A stretch of 63,483 nucleotides of DNA, counting the filler, from Craspedostauros australis (taxonomy: Eukaryota), in assembly GCA_030167865.1 (NCBI GenBank). It is 11 parts of 11 records of this genome, joined end to end, with 100 filler letters (N's around TTAATTAATTAA, not from the genome) between each part and the next. Parts side by side here need not be neighbours in the genome. Positions count along the whole stretch, not along the records: positions 38,712 to 49,119 come from JALAGF010003695.1; positions 49,220 to 52,794 come from JALAGF010003696.1; positions 52,895 to 55,157 come from JALAGF010003697.1; positions 55,258 to 57,049 come from JALAGF010003698.1; positions 57,150 to 61,194 come from JALAGF010003699.1; 6 more parts are not named here. The stretch is one strand, 5' to 3'. The notes under the pieces were generated by a model. That model was not told the DNA's origin. It saw only the letters and a program-made list of their open reading frames with translations, and did no database searches. Shown here piece after piece: positions 44,911 to 57,968 of the stretch (positions within the stretch are counted from its first letter, which is position 1; each line of letters opens with the position of its first letter). Position numbers and translations under genes: made by a program.

Positions 44911-47178
44911 TTATGATAATGTGCCGAACATAACAGTATGGTCGCCACCTTCATGGTTGCTGTCGTCATTTCCATCCACGAATACGTTCTGCGCGTCGTT
45001 GTCGGCATCGACAGAATCGTCATCGTCGTCCCGGTATGGCAAGTCCTCAACGACAATATCGTCAGAGAACGATGGGGGCGGCGTAGGTACACTGTGATTT
45101 GACGCAAACTCCACAACGTCCCCGTTCAGACAGTCCTCCTCTGTGACGCCAAGTGTCCGCCAGGCGACTGGCCGTTGGAATCCCAACAGGAATCCATACG
45201 TTAAGAAGGACCCCGCCATGGCACTCAGCACGGTCGTCATCAACACGAAGAAGCCAAAATGCTTAGCAATCATGGATGGTATCTGGTCGTTGCTATCGCC
45301 ATCGCTGTTGCCGTTGCCATCTTCAGATCGTTGCGCTGATGCATCCTGATGCCCCTCGCAGGGTCGATGTCGTTTGGCGAATGGTCGGATGCGATCCATC
45401 AACACTGCAATGTCACAAAGATCGGTATCGGGAGGGCATCCATCCATCAGGTGCGTGCGCACTTCTCCATTGTACAACAAACGGAATGCTCTGTCGGACG
45501 ATGAAGGATAAAGAGTGGCGTCCTTGTTCCCATTCAGGTTGATTGCATGGATCTCGATGATGAACATGCTGGCGTACGGTGCCCACTCCCCGTCAAAGAC
45601 CCTGGGTCCCAACGCGGCCATGATGGGCATGACCGTCGTGTCGTGAGCGGAGAAGAGGGCGAGCTTGGATGGTGGCCGTTTGGGGCAGCACACTTGTTTC
45701 GGAGGTTGCTGCGCGGTGAATGCCTCCAAATTTGGCAAGACTTCTGCCCACATGGGTCCCATGGACACCTTTGCGTATTCGCTGTCGTTGGCCGTGTACA
45801 CCATGGTGGAAAGCTTGCTGTCGAGTTTGAGCAGGCGTTGGAAGAGATCAGTTCCGTACTCTTGGTGGTGCGGGTTGGCTTGCGGGTCATCGCCGCTGTT
45901 GGAATCGGCGGATGGTGATGGCGGTCGATAGTCATTGAGCGACTCCGGCAGTGGCCGATCGGTGCACATGGTCGTCATGAGACAGTCGATGGTATCCATG
46001 TCCGCGTTGGGCAGTCCCAGAACTTCGCGCTGGAACCTCCGCAGCGTCTGAACTTCCTGCGATGTGTTGTAGGATTGGAAGGTGTCAGTTTGTTCGAATT
46101 CTTCTCTGAGATCGTTCAAGGCCGGGCACACGCGTCCGTTGGGACCCAGGATGTCACCGTACCGATCGGCGACGTGCAGCGGAATGATGGGTGTGTAACC
46201 ACCTGAGCGTTGCACGAAGGATTGGATTTCCTGACCGATCAAGCCGCGAATGAAAACCTGTCCGGACATGAGCGTTCGCTGATCATCATCGACACGGAAG
46301 TAGAGGTTGGAAACGTCCCAAGGGTCGTCCTTGTTGACCGCATCGTCTTCCCCAACGTCGATGAGGTTCAACCGTTGGTCTGTGTTGGTGTCATCATCAT
46401 CTTTCGCATCCGCGCCTGACCCTGTTGCTGACGATGGCGAGTTCGTGCTGTCGTAGATGTAGGCGCGACGCAGATGCTCTCCATTGGCGATCTCCTGATG
46501 GTAGCCTCGCAGCAGGAGCTGACCCATCTGGCAGGTGCCGTTGAACTCGTTGCGGAGATTGTCCGCTGGATCCATGAGGGCGTCGTAGCGCTTTTCGTAC
46601 ACGGCGAACCCGGTGGCTTGTGCCATCGACTCCTCCTGATACGTCTGGTGTTGTGCTGCGCCGCTGTGGAATGTGGCTTCATCATCGAGCTGCGCGATCT
46701 GATCCTCAGACGGGGTTGCCAGCCAGGTCTTCAAGGTGCAGTTCCACACTTGCGAAGGATCCTCGTTGTATCCGTCCCAGCAGGATAGACCTGCCCTCCA
46801 TGGCGTGCGTGCACCATGTCGGATCATGACCGTCGCATGGAGCAGCTGCGATCCGCCAGGCCGCGCGTCGTTGGCAAGGGGCGGGATGGACCTGTTGGCC
46901 ATTTCGGACGGGGTGGCACAGTACGGTGGGTAGTGTTCGTATCGCTGGTACCAACTGGATGGAATTGATGAGACATCCAGCGTGGATGCTGCTGCTGTTG
47001 GCGTTGCCGAGAATACGACGAAAGCTATGGCCACTGCGGTTGCTATCGACGGAGCAAGAGAGGTGTACGCACAGGCAGAGGAGCAGGCAAAGGTACCGCC
47101 ACGCATCTTTCCGGCGTTCTGTCCACTCTGTCTCCTGATGCCGCTCCCGTTCCTGCTTCTGATCATGTTCCTAATCAT
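44911..47178 (-). CDS. Histidine acid phosphatase (branch 2), membrane-anchored
   Basis: RHGARTP and SAHDTT catalytic motifs, an N-terminal hydrophobic segment, and a C-terminal TM with acidic tail. The start codon is uncertain. Confidence 0.9.
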   Translation of the reverse strand: MIRNMIRSRNGSGIRRQSGQNAGKMRGGTFACSSACAYTSLAPSIATAVAIAFVVFSATPTAAASTLDVSSIPSSWYQRYEHYPPYCATPSEMANRSIPPLANDARPGGSQLLHATVMIRHGARTPWRAGLSCWDGYNEDPSQVWNCTLKTWLATPSEDQIAQLDDEATFHSGAAQHQTYQEESMAQATGFAVYEKRYDALMDPADNLRNEFNGTCQMGQLLLRGYHQEIANGEHLRRAYIYDSTNSPSSATGSGADAKDDDDTNTDQRLNLIDVGEDDAVNKDDPWDVSNLYFRVDDDQRTLMSGQVFIRGLIGQEIQSFVQRSGGYTPIIPLHVADRYGDILGPNGRVCPALNDLREEFEQTDTFQSYNTSQEVQTLRRFQREVLGLPNADMDTIDCLMTTMCTDRPLPESLNDYRPPSPSADSNSGDDPQANPHHQEYGTDLFQRLLKLDSKLSTMVYTANDSEYAKVSMGPMWAEVLPNLEAFTAQQPPKQVCCPKRPPSKLALFSAHDTTVMPIMAALGPRVFDGEWAPYASMFIIEIHAINLNGNKDATLYPSSSDRAFRLLYNGEVRTHLMDGCPPDTDLCDIAVLMDRIRPFAKRHRPCEGHQDASAQRSEDGNGNSDGDSNDQIPSMIAKHFGFFVLMTTVLSAMAGSFLTYGFLLGFQRPVAWRTLGVTEEDCLNGDVVEFASNHSVPTPPPSFSDDIVVEDLPYRDDDDDSVDADNDAQNVFVDGNDDSNHEGGDHTVMFGTLS

Positions 47179-47221
47179 GCTCACGTTTGCACCTGTGTTG
47201 ACAACGTTCCTGCTGATTTGA

Positions 47222-47302
47222 TATGGTATGGTATGGTATGGTATGTTATGGTATGGTATGGTATGGTATGGTATGGTATGGTATGGTATGGTATGGTATG
47301 GT
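47222..47302. repeat. (TATGG)n microsatellite, ~16 units
   Basis: Seen directly. A degenerate version lies near 58170-58203. Confidence 0.95.
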
Positions 47303-47752
47303 GTGAATGAGTCCCAACGAAGAAAATCATGGAGAGCGAATCTCCACGAAGGCAGAATCTGACAAACCTGTTGTGAAAACAAGCGTGTTTCGTTTCACGG
47401 AACTCAGGTGGCGGGAATCGAAGCGACGAGAAACTTCGTCGACTCATTTGATCAATTTCGATCACGAAGGGTCTGCTCGACATGTCCGATTCCAAAAATA
47501 CTCCGATTGCACGTCTCAAAATATCGTCCGCGAAATGATTTGTCGGCAACAGCACAGAAACGCCGATAACAACGTTGTCTGTTCAACCAGGCATCCTGCT
47601 TGAGCTCCCGCACAACAACTCCACAACTCGAGCTGGTGTGTGAACAGATGTTGTTGTGCAATAGACTCTGCGATTACTCGTATCCGTACGCTCCTCTGCT
47701 TGTGCTCAAACCCACTCTCTCATTCACATTCCGCAGTCTACCAGCACATCAA

Positions 47753-49119
47753 ATGTCTCAACATGGACGAAGAGACACCATGACACCATCCAACTTCTCT
47801 TGTATGACAAGCCAGTGTCGCGGCGAGTTTCCCACCATTCGCTCGGTGAATATCAAGCGCGCGATGGCTGCCATTCTCGCGGTCTCGTTCGCAGCGATGA
47901 ATTGGCGCATGTCCTTCCACGCGACGCAAGATTCCCGATTCTACGATGGGGTATTGGAAGATGCGATGGAGATGAGCCCCCCAAGAGAGCCAACCCCCGA
48001 TCATTCCCACCGGTGGAACACGAACATCACAGAATTCCCCTCGTTCATGATGGATTGGCCAACCGATCCTTTTGGACCCGAAGGATGCAGCGTTTTCAAC
48101 ACTTCGCTGCCGCACACCTTCAACGTCACTCGCTATCCAAAATCGTATAACATCAAGGACGTCTTCATTGTCATTCATGGGAATCTCAAGAGGGCATGGA
48201 AACATGCCGGCGCTGCAAATGGCAGTAGGACGGTCCGAACAGTTCATGCTGTTCACACGAACAACACTCGACGGCGGCGTCGGAAAGCCCCTGTCACGGA
48301 AGTCAAGACGGCCGCGTGTGGCATTTCTCGCAACTGGTTCCTACATCACTTTCCGCATCAGATGCAAAACATATACCCCTGCTGGTCGTTCTGGCGGCAC
48401 TTTCCAGACGCTGAACATGTCTTCGTTGTTGGAAAGCTCTACTATGACTGGTTCACAAGTGGCAGCGCCTTCACGGAGGGCATGGTCAAGGTATTGAATG
48501 CGAACAACATCACAATCCAACGAAGAACCGTGAAAAGGTTCAAATACGAATTTAGTGCTCGCCCAGGCGACCTCCTCTACGTGTACCCGAACACGACCCT
48601 CATTGATGGCTATCGGACAGTTTACGAGGACGACCTGGATCATCTGAGACGGCATGCCTTGCCTGTCTTTGGCTTGGAGCGCTACCTCGAACCGTCCTGC
48701 GGAGTACCTCCCTCGCCCAATACGGAGCATACCAACCTGCTCATACCATTGATAGCCGACGCCAACACAACAGCAAGCGGCGCGGCGAAGGTTCTGAACA
48801 ACCAGATCCTTCGCCCACCTCGCATCGCCATTTCCAATCGCAACACCACGAGGCGAATGTTTGGCGGCCGCAATATTTCCACGCTGCTGCAGGAGGAGCT
48901 CCATCTGCCGTATAGACCGCCGGTCTTTTTTCTCGAGCACATGACGTTCGAGCAGCAGATCGAGGCATTCAACAACGTCGACATATTACTGACGCCGCAT
49001 GGTGCGCAACTCACGTTGATTCCGTTCATGCATCGTTGCAGCTCGGTGATCGAAGTATTCCCACGCGCCTATTCGGAGCAAGTGTTTTTTGGGAGGCTGG
49101 CAGCGCTGTCCGGTGTCAA
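47753..49119 (+). CDS. Glycosyltransferase family 61 (DUF563)-like protein, 3' partial
   Basis: N-terminal signal anchor; LEHMTFEQQIEAFNNVDILLTPHGAQL...VIEVFP motif. Confidence 0.82.
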
Positions 49120-49219
49120 NNNNNNNNNNNNNNNNNNNNNNNNNNNNNNNNNNNNNNNNNNNNTTAATTAATTAANNNNNNNNNNNNNNNNNNNNNNNNN
49201 NNNNNNNNNNNNNNNNNNN

Positions 49220-50317
49220 AATCAACCTCCTCCACCCAACCAAACCAATAGAAAGTCGGGCGCAGAGATGACGACGCATTCTGCCATCCTCTGCATGCAT
49301 GGAGGTCCAGCGATTGCGCCTGCAGTTCCATGGAAGTTATTTGATGCCATCGCCAAGGATGACGCAGTGGCCGACGAGATCTATCTCTACCACGCCCGCG
49401 GGTGTGGCAAATCCACGCGACCATTCTCGAAGTTTCCGACTCCTGGAATGTGGCCTGGCATGAAGATACTGGAGCAAGAATTGGGCATCGGGGCTCAGCT
49501 GGCAGATGTGGAATGCATTCGCAAGGACAGGCTCAAGGTCGAGAAGCTTCACTTGGTTGCGCATTCATTCGGCGGCTTCCTCGCCACGATGTACGCAGCC
49601 GAATTTCCAAGTCATGTGGCATCTCTCACACTGATGGCCCCGGCCGCGGTATTGCAGCTGCCTGCCAAGGATCCATCGAAGAGCGGCGACATATTCAAAA
49701 TGATCCGCAGCAAGCTGGTGGTCATCTCGCAACGAAGCAATGTGGATGAGGAAGACGGAGGCAGCGACGATGGGAACACGGATGCTACTTCTGGGGCACC
49801 GCCAAGCGTTGCGATACTCGATGAATTTGATGCCTTCATGAAGCGATATCTCGATTTTGGCAGCCTGCCGAAAGAAACCGATGAAACCTTGGGACAACGG
49901 CAGTGCGACTTCTGCCGTCACTACTACCGCGCGGACTTTGATGGCAATGAGGCAAAGGTGAATGCGGCAATGGATAAGGTTGACAAGTCCATGATCGGCG
50001 GCATGGCCTGCTTTGCTGCCTTCATGTCCATGGGTATGGAGCATGACTACATCCCCGAATGTCGAAGACGCCTCTCCAAAGCCGCCTTCCCTGTCACCAT
50101 CGTCCATGGTGGCCAAGACATGATACCCGAACACACCAGCCGTCAGTACATGGACATCTTCCCACCCACCATCACCGAAGCAAGCGGTGATCGCAGTAGC
50201 TGCAGGAGTCCAAGATTCCATTTGATTCCTGATGTGGGTCATGAGCTGTTCGACCACCCAGACATGGTGAAAATCGTCCTGGATACGATGAAGACAGCGG
50301 AGGTGTTAAACGCATGA
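49220..50317 (+). CDS. Alpha/beta-hydrolase, 5' partial
   Basis: MHGGP oxyanion motif, nucleophile elbow AHSFGG, HGGQD and VGHE. Confidence 0.88.
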   Translation, partial: NQPPPPNQTNRKSGAEMTTHSAILCMHGGPAIAPAVPWKLFDAIAKDDAVADEIYLYHARGCGKSTRPFSKFPTPGMWPGMKILEQELGIGAQLADVECIRKDRLKVEKLHLVAHSFGGFLATMYAAEFPSHVASLTLMAPAAVLQLPAKDPSKSGDIFKMIRSKLVVISQRSNVDEEDGGSDDGNTDATSGAPPSVAILDEFDAFMKRYLDFGSLPKETDETLGQRQCDFCRHYYRADFDGNEAKVNAAMDKVDKSMIGGMACFAAFMSMGMEHDYIPECRRRLSKAAFPVTIVHGGQDMIPEHTSRQYMDIFPPTITEASGDRSSCRSPRFHLIPDVGHELFDHPDMVKIVLDTMKTAEVLNA

Positions 50318-51761
50318 TGACCGAGAGAGAGACAGACAGACAGTCCTGCCGCACCCGTAGTTGAACAGGAGACACGAACTAGTGGGGAAGTGGATGTACC
50401 ATACGTGTACTCAATGCAGTACGATCATAACAAAAGTGTGTAGTACCACATCAAACAAACCATGATGATGCTCCTCTACTCATCTTATCACCTGATTTTC
50501 ACTTAGGTCTGGAAGAAGTACACTAGCTGCTCATCTGCCATGCTGCGAGCTAGAGGAGTTCTGGTGGCATGCTGTTCCTGCAATCTCAACTCGAACAGCC
50601 TATCCCCTCTATCTTTCATGACTAGCCTTTGTGGAAGAACGAATTGGAATCGTCCGACTCGATCGAGAATGACAATCACGTTGTCGACCACTTCGACAAA
50701 ACATCCATCCACGATTTGGTGAACACAAAAACACAAAATCGCACGCCACAATTTTGGTGGGGAAGGACCATGTTGGCAGAATTTGGGCGCCACAAAAAAT
50801 TGCTCGCAAGATCCACGCTGCGTGTGGTGATCGCCAAGTCGCATCGCGGAATTCTGCGCCGTGGAGCAGTCTGTGAGGGTGCTCTTGTGGTGGAACTTGG
50901 CAGAGCTTGATGGAGCTTGGAGGGCGTTTTACGCCGTGGTGCGACTGTGTGGATTTCCGAACGCGGTGTCTCCGCCGCTACTTTCATCGAACAAGCAAAA
51001 TGATTGATTGACGTAACGTTTCGCTCATTGATTCAGCCATCGACGCAATCAACGTTCCATTCACAACACACAAAGTGCCGAGCATCACACCACGCGTTGC
51101 ATCAAGCATCAGTAAGCAGCAAGTCAAGCGAGAGACAATCAACGCACACTCACAAGGAAGCCGAAGGAAAGGCTCGCAACGTCTCATCCCAATCCCAACA
51201 GCAGGAGAAACGATAACGACAGAGAACGAAGAACGTGGTCTCCCACGATCCGCAACTCTCACATAATCTTCCATTCTGTGGCAAATTCGAGGCTTTCCCA
51301 TCCAGCGCAAGACAACAAGTAAGCGACCAAGCAAGCAAGTGAGCAGACAGCCGAGCGAACAGTCCATTGATCGGCCATTGCTATTGAAGCACTGAGCTAT
51401 CTTTCGTGGCGTTCTGACACAACGACAGCAACGAAAGCAACAACTCAACGCAACGCAGCGTATCGCAACGTCACAAATTGTCAGGTTGTCAACTCTCTCT
51501 CTCCCATCCCTGCTACACTGCCACGCTCGCGTCGACCGCAGCACAACGCAAAGAGTTCGAGGATACCGAACGTGGAATCACCGCGAGGCACGTTGCTCGT
51601 CTTCTCTCTCACCGTCAATCACATCTAGACTCTCACAGAAGAACTCTCAGGCTTTCCATTCGAGTGCACATCATCAATCCGTACACACGCAAGCACGAAT
51701 TGTACGCATCCACGCGACACATCCACACATCCGCACACACGCACGGAAACATAAATCCACG

Positions 51762-52794
51762 ATGAAGCAGGAATCATCGCATCAAGTGCTGACGGAAGAG
51801 CTTGCCGCCATGCAGGATCGAGTGGAGGTGATGATGGCGTTGGAGCAGTCCACCTACAAAAGACAGCAGAACATGCTTCACAAGTATGTGCCAGACGCGG
51901 TGGATTCCAACTGGCGTCAGATGATCGTGGTGTGGATGAACAACATCGTCCAGATCTTCCATCTCAAGCCGTGCATCCTCGAAGTGGGGATGTATCTCGC
52001 GGATTCATCGGTAAGACAGGGATTGGTCTCTGAATCGACGGACTACCAGCTCGTCGCTCTGACGTCGTTGCACCTGGCCATGAAGCTGTACGAAGTCAAG
52101 CTGTTCCCCATGAGGGAGCTGCTGAAGCTGAGCCACGGGGCATTCCGAGATGACGATGTGGCGGACATGGAAACACGGATCCTCAAGGCATTGCAATGGA
52201 AGCTGCATCCTCCGACGGCGCACTGCTTCATCGAGCAGCTGTCGCACATTCTGTTGCACATGGAATGCTCGACGCTTCGCAAGGATGTGATGAGACAATG
52301 CCGGAAGCTGGTGTTCGAGATGGTGCAAGAGGATGGTTGGACGTCGGCAACTCCGTCGCGCGTCGCTTATGGTTGCATGCTGGTGGCGTTGGAGCAAGAG
52401 GGGCAGAATGCTGGAATGGGCTTGGATGAATTCCAGATGTTCGTGGACGTGGTGGACGAGCTGACAGGGATTGCATTCGACGATGTGGAATTGGTTCTCA
52501 TCGTGGATTATCTCATTGACGGCAACATGCCACCACACACGCAGAAGCCGAAGTCGAAGCACAAGCAGACTCCATCGCAATCGCAATCGCAGGTGCACCA
52601 AGAGAAGCATCCATCAGGAGGAGTGTCGATCAGCAGCACAAGCTCCACTGAAGCCAACTCTGATTCGGAGGATGAGTTGATGCCGTGCAGGGATGGTTCA
52701 GAAGCTACGCCCACGAGAGACGATGAATCGAAGAGAATAGGAGAGGCGTTGCAAGAGAAGCGGGATCCGAGCGTCATGGATGATAATAGCCCCA
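51762..52794 (+). CDS. Cyclin (diatom-specific cyclin-like), 3' partial
   Basis: Cyclin box WRQMIVVWM...YQLVALTSLHLAMKLYE...METRILKALQWKLHPPT. Confidence 0.88.
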
Positions 52795-52894
52795 NNNNNN
52801 NNNNNNNNNNNNNNNNNNNNNNNNNNNNNNNNNNNNNNTTAATTAATTAANNNNNNNNNNNNNNNNNNNNNNNNNNNNNNNNNNNNNNNNNNNN

Positions 52895-53970
52895 CCATGT
52901 ACTGACGGCTGGTGTGTTCGGGTATCATGTCTTGGCCACCATGGACGATGGTGACAGGGAAGGCGGCTTTGGAGAGGCGTCTTCGACATTCGGGGATGTA
53001 GTCATGCTCCATACCCATGGACATGAAGGCAGCAAAGCAGGCCATGCCGCCGATCATGGACTTGTCAACCTTATCCATTGCCGCATTCACCTTTGCCTCA
53101 TTGCCATCAAAGTCCGCGCGGTAGTAGTGACGGCAGAAGTCGCACTGCCGTTGTCCCAAGGTTTCATCGGTTTCTTTCGGCAGGCTGCCAAAATCGAGAT
53201 ATCGCTTCATGAAGGCATCAAATTCATCGAGTATCGCAACGCTTGGCGGTGCCCCAGAAGTAGCATCCGTGTTCCCATCGTCGCTGCCTCCGTCTTCCTC
53301 ATCCACATTGCTTCGTTGCGAGATGACCACCAGCTTGCTGCGGATCATTTTGAATATGTCGCCGCTCTTCGATGGATCCTTGGCAGGCAGCTGCAATACC
53401 GCGGCCGGGGCCATCAGTGTGAGAGATGCCACATGACTTGGAAATTCGGCTGCGTACATCGTGGCGAGGAAGCCGCCGAATGAATGCGCAACCAAGTGAA
53501 GCTTCTCGACCTTGAGCCTGTCCTTGCGAATGCATTCCACATCTGCCAGCTGAGCCCCGATGCCCAATTCTTGCTCCAGTATCTTCATGCCAGGCCACAT
53601 TCCAGGAGTCGGAAACTTCGAGAATGGTCGCGTGGATTTGCCACACCCGCGGGCGTGGTAGAGATAGATCTCGTCGGCCACTGCGTCATCCTTGGCGATG
53701 GCATCAAATAACTTCCATGGAACTGCAGGCGCAATCGCTGGACCTCCATGCATGCAGAGGATGGCAGAATGCGTCGTCATCTCTGCGCCCGACTTTCTAT
53801 TGGTTTGGTTGGGTGGAGGAGGTTGATTCCCATGTTGCGTTGTCGATCCAGAGAAGTAGAAGAGCTGGATACCATTGGGCATGGTCCAGATGCCTGGTGC
53901 ATCACCTGTGGCGGCACTGCTGTCGCTGGCATCAACTTTCGGTGTCATACCTTGGCGTTCGCCCTGGTCT

Positions 53971-54002
<32 letters not shown>

Positions 54003-54197
54003 CTGCTGTTGTTGCTGCTGTTGTTGCTGCTGTTGTTGCTGCTGCTGCTGCTGTTTGAACTGCTTTGACACCGAGCCCGGCACGTACATGGGTCCTCGCA
54101 TCTTCTTGTAGGCCCAGAAAATCAACGTCGCCACGCTTGCCACCCAGATCAAGGTCTGGATCAGCAGGCGCCGCATGGCCGGGTTGGATGATTCCAT
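52895..54197 (-). CDS. Same alpha/beta-hydrolase with N-terminal TM and polyQ tract, 3' partial
   Basis: 52895-53828 is the reverse complement of 49220-50153. Adds an N-terminal TM and ~28 Q (about 53970-54054). Confidence 0.88.
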
Positions 54198-55257
54198 GAT
54201 TGGCGCTGTTCGAAGCTCGAATCAATGACGGTGGGCGACTGGTAGGATGCATACAAAGCGACAGAAAGTAAGAACGAGAGTAGTTGGGTGGAGGGTAGCA
54301 ACGGCTGAAAACAATGCCGATAGCATAGCCACAGCGATAGCGATGGCAACGATGATAATCGTGATGAGAAAGTATGGTCAGAAGGTGCAGCGGTCTGGTT
54401 GTCCGAGTGGAAGAGGAAAGAAGGAAACAGAGATGTCTTGGTTCCAAACGTGGACCATGGAAAGGATGTGTTCTCGAACGGGCGACATACCTGTGCGTAA
54501 GTATCCAACGTAAGTGTACGTGCTGTGTTCTACTATACTCCAGGATCCTGCTCTGTATGATCAAGGCTATGCAGTTGCTGTCGCCCACGATCAACATGCA
54601 TTCTCTGGCCCTTGGCGACCTCTGTCGATGCGACGATCGCGACAGGCCAACAGCGGTGTCATTTGCTTCGTGGCGTTCGGTTCTGTGTTGACAAAGATCA
54701 AACAGAACTGATTCGACACAATGCGAACACGAACGATGGATCGATCTTCTCTTCACGCCTCTCGGTTCGGCCGTCCACTGCGCGGCTGGAATCGCATCGG
54801 GCGGATGTTGATTGCTTGATCAATAGAACTCTACTCTACTCCACAATGCGTTGATGCTCGATATTACTCTACTCTATGTAGCAGCACTTTATGCATCGAT
54901 TGGCGTCACTGGCCATGAACTCCAAGGTATTGTTTGGCTGCGTCAACAACATGATATTATACGTTTTATTGTGTTGTGCTACATTGCGTCGCGTTGTAGT
55001 GTATTGCGTCATGCCGTGGATGCTGTGGATCCCGTGGCGACCTGATTCTCACCCTCAAGCAGCCACAGCCGCCGCAGCTCCCGCGATCGACGTGCTATTC
55101 CTCTTTGCACTTGATGGATCCGACACCCGCACCGACTGAAACCCAAACACGGGCATANNNNNNNNNNNNNNNNNNNNNNNNNNNNNNNNNNNNNNNNNNN
55201 NTTAATTAATTAANNNNNNNNNNNNNNNNNNNNNNNNNNNNNNNNNNNNNNNNNNNN

Positions 55258-56274
55258 GGTACATGCAGCGTCGCTTCGGGTGGCCACCAGCATGATGGCG
55301 CGAGCAACAGCGAAGTGGATGCGATGAGCCAGCCAAGCGGCGACAGCGACACCACCCAAAACAAGAAAGATGAGCAGACGGTATCCACTTCCGGTGTCTC
55401 AAGCCTCGGCCAAAACGACCATCTGCGAACACGCAATGATGATAGCAGCGATGGCCATGGCAACGACAATCCTGATGATGCGACAGAGCAACATAGCGAG
55501 AGCCGAAGGCGCGTCCGTCTCGGCGAGGTCGCCAGCACGACTGCCCACACTGCAGATGCAAGCCACCAAAACTCCAGGCACGACAAAGGTGACAACGACG
55601 GCGGTACTAAGATCACGAGCGGACGTGACCGCGGTCAGAAGTCCGGACGCCGGCACGATTCCAAGCAGGCGTATCCACGCTGCGACCATGATCCTCAGGC
55701 AACACTGGCCTACGAAGGCGAGAGACAGAACAAGAGCAACATTCGCGCAGCGGCGGAGAGAGAATTCGATAGAAAGCACGAGAAGGACCTGGCGGCAATT
55801 CAAAATGTCGACAATGTCGAGGCAGACCCAAAGACAAGGCAGAACAACACCATCTCGCAACAGGTCCGCAACACCAACAACAATTATCACCAAAATTCAC
55901 GGCATGGCAGACTCAACCCTATCGTGGCGCGAGACTCGTTGGACGGTGTTGGCACGGGCGTTCTCGACGCACCCGCTAGCGCGCCATTAGATGATCGGAT
56001 GCGGCGCGGGCAAGACGAGGCTCCAGGATCCAATACGCATGGCATGCATGCGGCGACGGCGCATGTTGGCCCCCGCCCCCAAGACGAACGCATGTACGCC
56101 GCTCACCTGTACGATGACTTCGTCGATGACGACACGCTTGGTCCGCAGCTCCACGACGGCAACGGAACTGACGATCTTTCACTCCCGCGTGCCTTTTTGC
56201 CGGCATCGATGCGTATCCAATCCGGCCGTCACCATTCGCACCAGCCAAGTGCCACAACATCCAACAACCATCAA

Positions 56275-56324
<50 letters not shown>

Positions 56325-57049
56325 TATGGATACGCGAGGGGCTGCTGGAATGATTCCATCGCCCCGTCCTTCTGGGGAAGTACCTGCGTCTCTTTCGGGA
56401 CAAGGCCGACAGCGGTCAGGGGTTCAGGAAGCCCTGGCTCCACAACAGTACGACCCTGCCATGCATGCGGGATTGTACACTGCTCAAGGCGAAATCATCG
56501 ACGAATCCTCAATGGTTGAAGGGGATCAGTTCCGACAGCGCCAAGGTGACAGCGTCATGGACGCCCATGCGTCGTATGCTCCTCGCAATCGGAGGAGAAG
56601 GAATGGCCGAAGAGGCAACAGAATCACCAACGTGGTGGATCCTGCCCTCGGCGAACCTGTCACCGCCGAAGAGATGGAACGCGCAGTGGTTGACTATGAT
56701 GGAAATGTCATCCATTACGAACCCGGTCCTCGAGGTGCAAATGGTGTACATGGTGCAGATGAAAGCTACGGAGAGGACAATGGAGAAAGCGCTGGTATAG
56801 CTGGTCCATTGCATCATGATCAGAAGCGCTCGTCCGGACTGACAGCCATGTGCGCGTGTATTGTCCTTTCGATCATCGTCGGCATCGTCATGCTCACAAG
56901 TGCATGCTCTCTCTTTCCCGGGCTGAAGCAATGCAAAGATGACGATTCCGGCAATGGGGCAGAATCAACCCCCACCCACTCCCCAGCCTCCCCCGCAACA
57001 ACCTTCCTCACAAGCCTGACATGCGAAGGATCTGTCGCGGTGGGCATTG
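55258..57049 (+). CDS. Partial single-pass membrane protein with a long disordered N-terminus
   Basis: Frame is open across the whole contig. GN repeat (56275-56320); TM (AMCACIVLSIIVGIVML) followed by a P/T/S stalk. Confidence 0.6.
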
Positions 57050-57149
57050 NNNNNNNNNNNNNNNNNNNNNNNNNNNNNNNNNNNNNNNNNNNNTTAATTA
57101 ATTAANNNNNNNNNNNNNNNNNNNNNNNNNNNNNNNNNNNNNNNNNNNN

Positions 57150-57968
57150 CCAATCGATGTTGAGCTTGTTGATGCGCTTGTTTGACTGGAATAGCTTTGC
57201 CAAGCTATCGCGAGTGATACGGGTGGCTGGAAAGGATACTTCGGTGACGCTGCAATTGTTTGGAGACAGCCATCGGCACAAATCAGCGCCCCAATTGGCA
57301 AGCTTGCAGGCGCTAAACTCAATCTGTTTCGAGTTTTGGGAGATGTTGAACATGAGGTTGTCGCAATCAACAAGATCACATGAGTACAACTTCACACGAT
57401 GTGTCACAAGAGGGATATCGTGGAGCTGCTTCGTCTTCACGAAACATTGAGTCAATTGGATGCCTTCGTCGAGTGAAGATTTGGGTGGATGTTCGGTAGC
57501 CAATCGAAGTACGAATCGAATCACTTGCTGATCTTCTTCTCCGAGTTGGTCATCGCTGCCAAATTCCAGATGCAGGGATCGAATGCGCATTTGTCGACCG
57601 CCCTGGCGAAGCGAAACGCTCAGTAGAACACGAGGTGATANAGCAACGTCCTTGTGCCGCTTCACCATCGATTCCAAGTCATCAAAAGTGAATCCTGCTT
57701 CGATGGCCCTGTCCCAGTATTCCATTCGCTTGGGTGTCACACTGTAACAGTCGATCTGCTGTCTTGGATAACTCTGCCGAGTGAACACGGTCTTCGGTGA
57801 CAGCTCTTTGCAATGGAGTTGTTTCCAGAAAGTCTTGAAGTCTGTATCATGATCACTGTTGGTATTGATGTTGGCGACACCATCCATGTTGCGGTTCATC
57901 CTTTTCTTGTTGTCGCTCTCGTTGCTGATTATTACTGATGATTGTTGCTGTTGCTGTTGGTGGTACAA
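57150..57968 (-). CDS. Partial RNI-like leucine-rich repeat protein
   Basis: Periodic LxxLxLxxCxL-like units (VKLYSCDL, IEFSACKL, VTEVSFPATRI, INKLNIDW). Start uncertain. Confidence 0.5.

Noticed and set aside
47179..47382. YHTIP-repeat N-terminal extension of the phosphatase
   Set aside because: It is a translation of the (TATGG)n microsatellite from a non-ATG start.
49220..54197. Inverted duplication of the hydrolase around the cyclin
   Set aside because: Two overlapping contigs in opposite orientation, separated by a linker.
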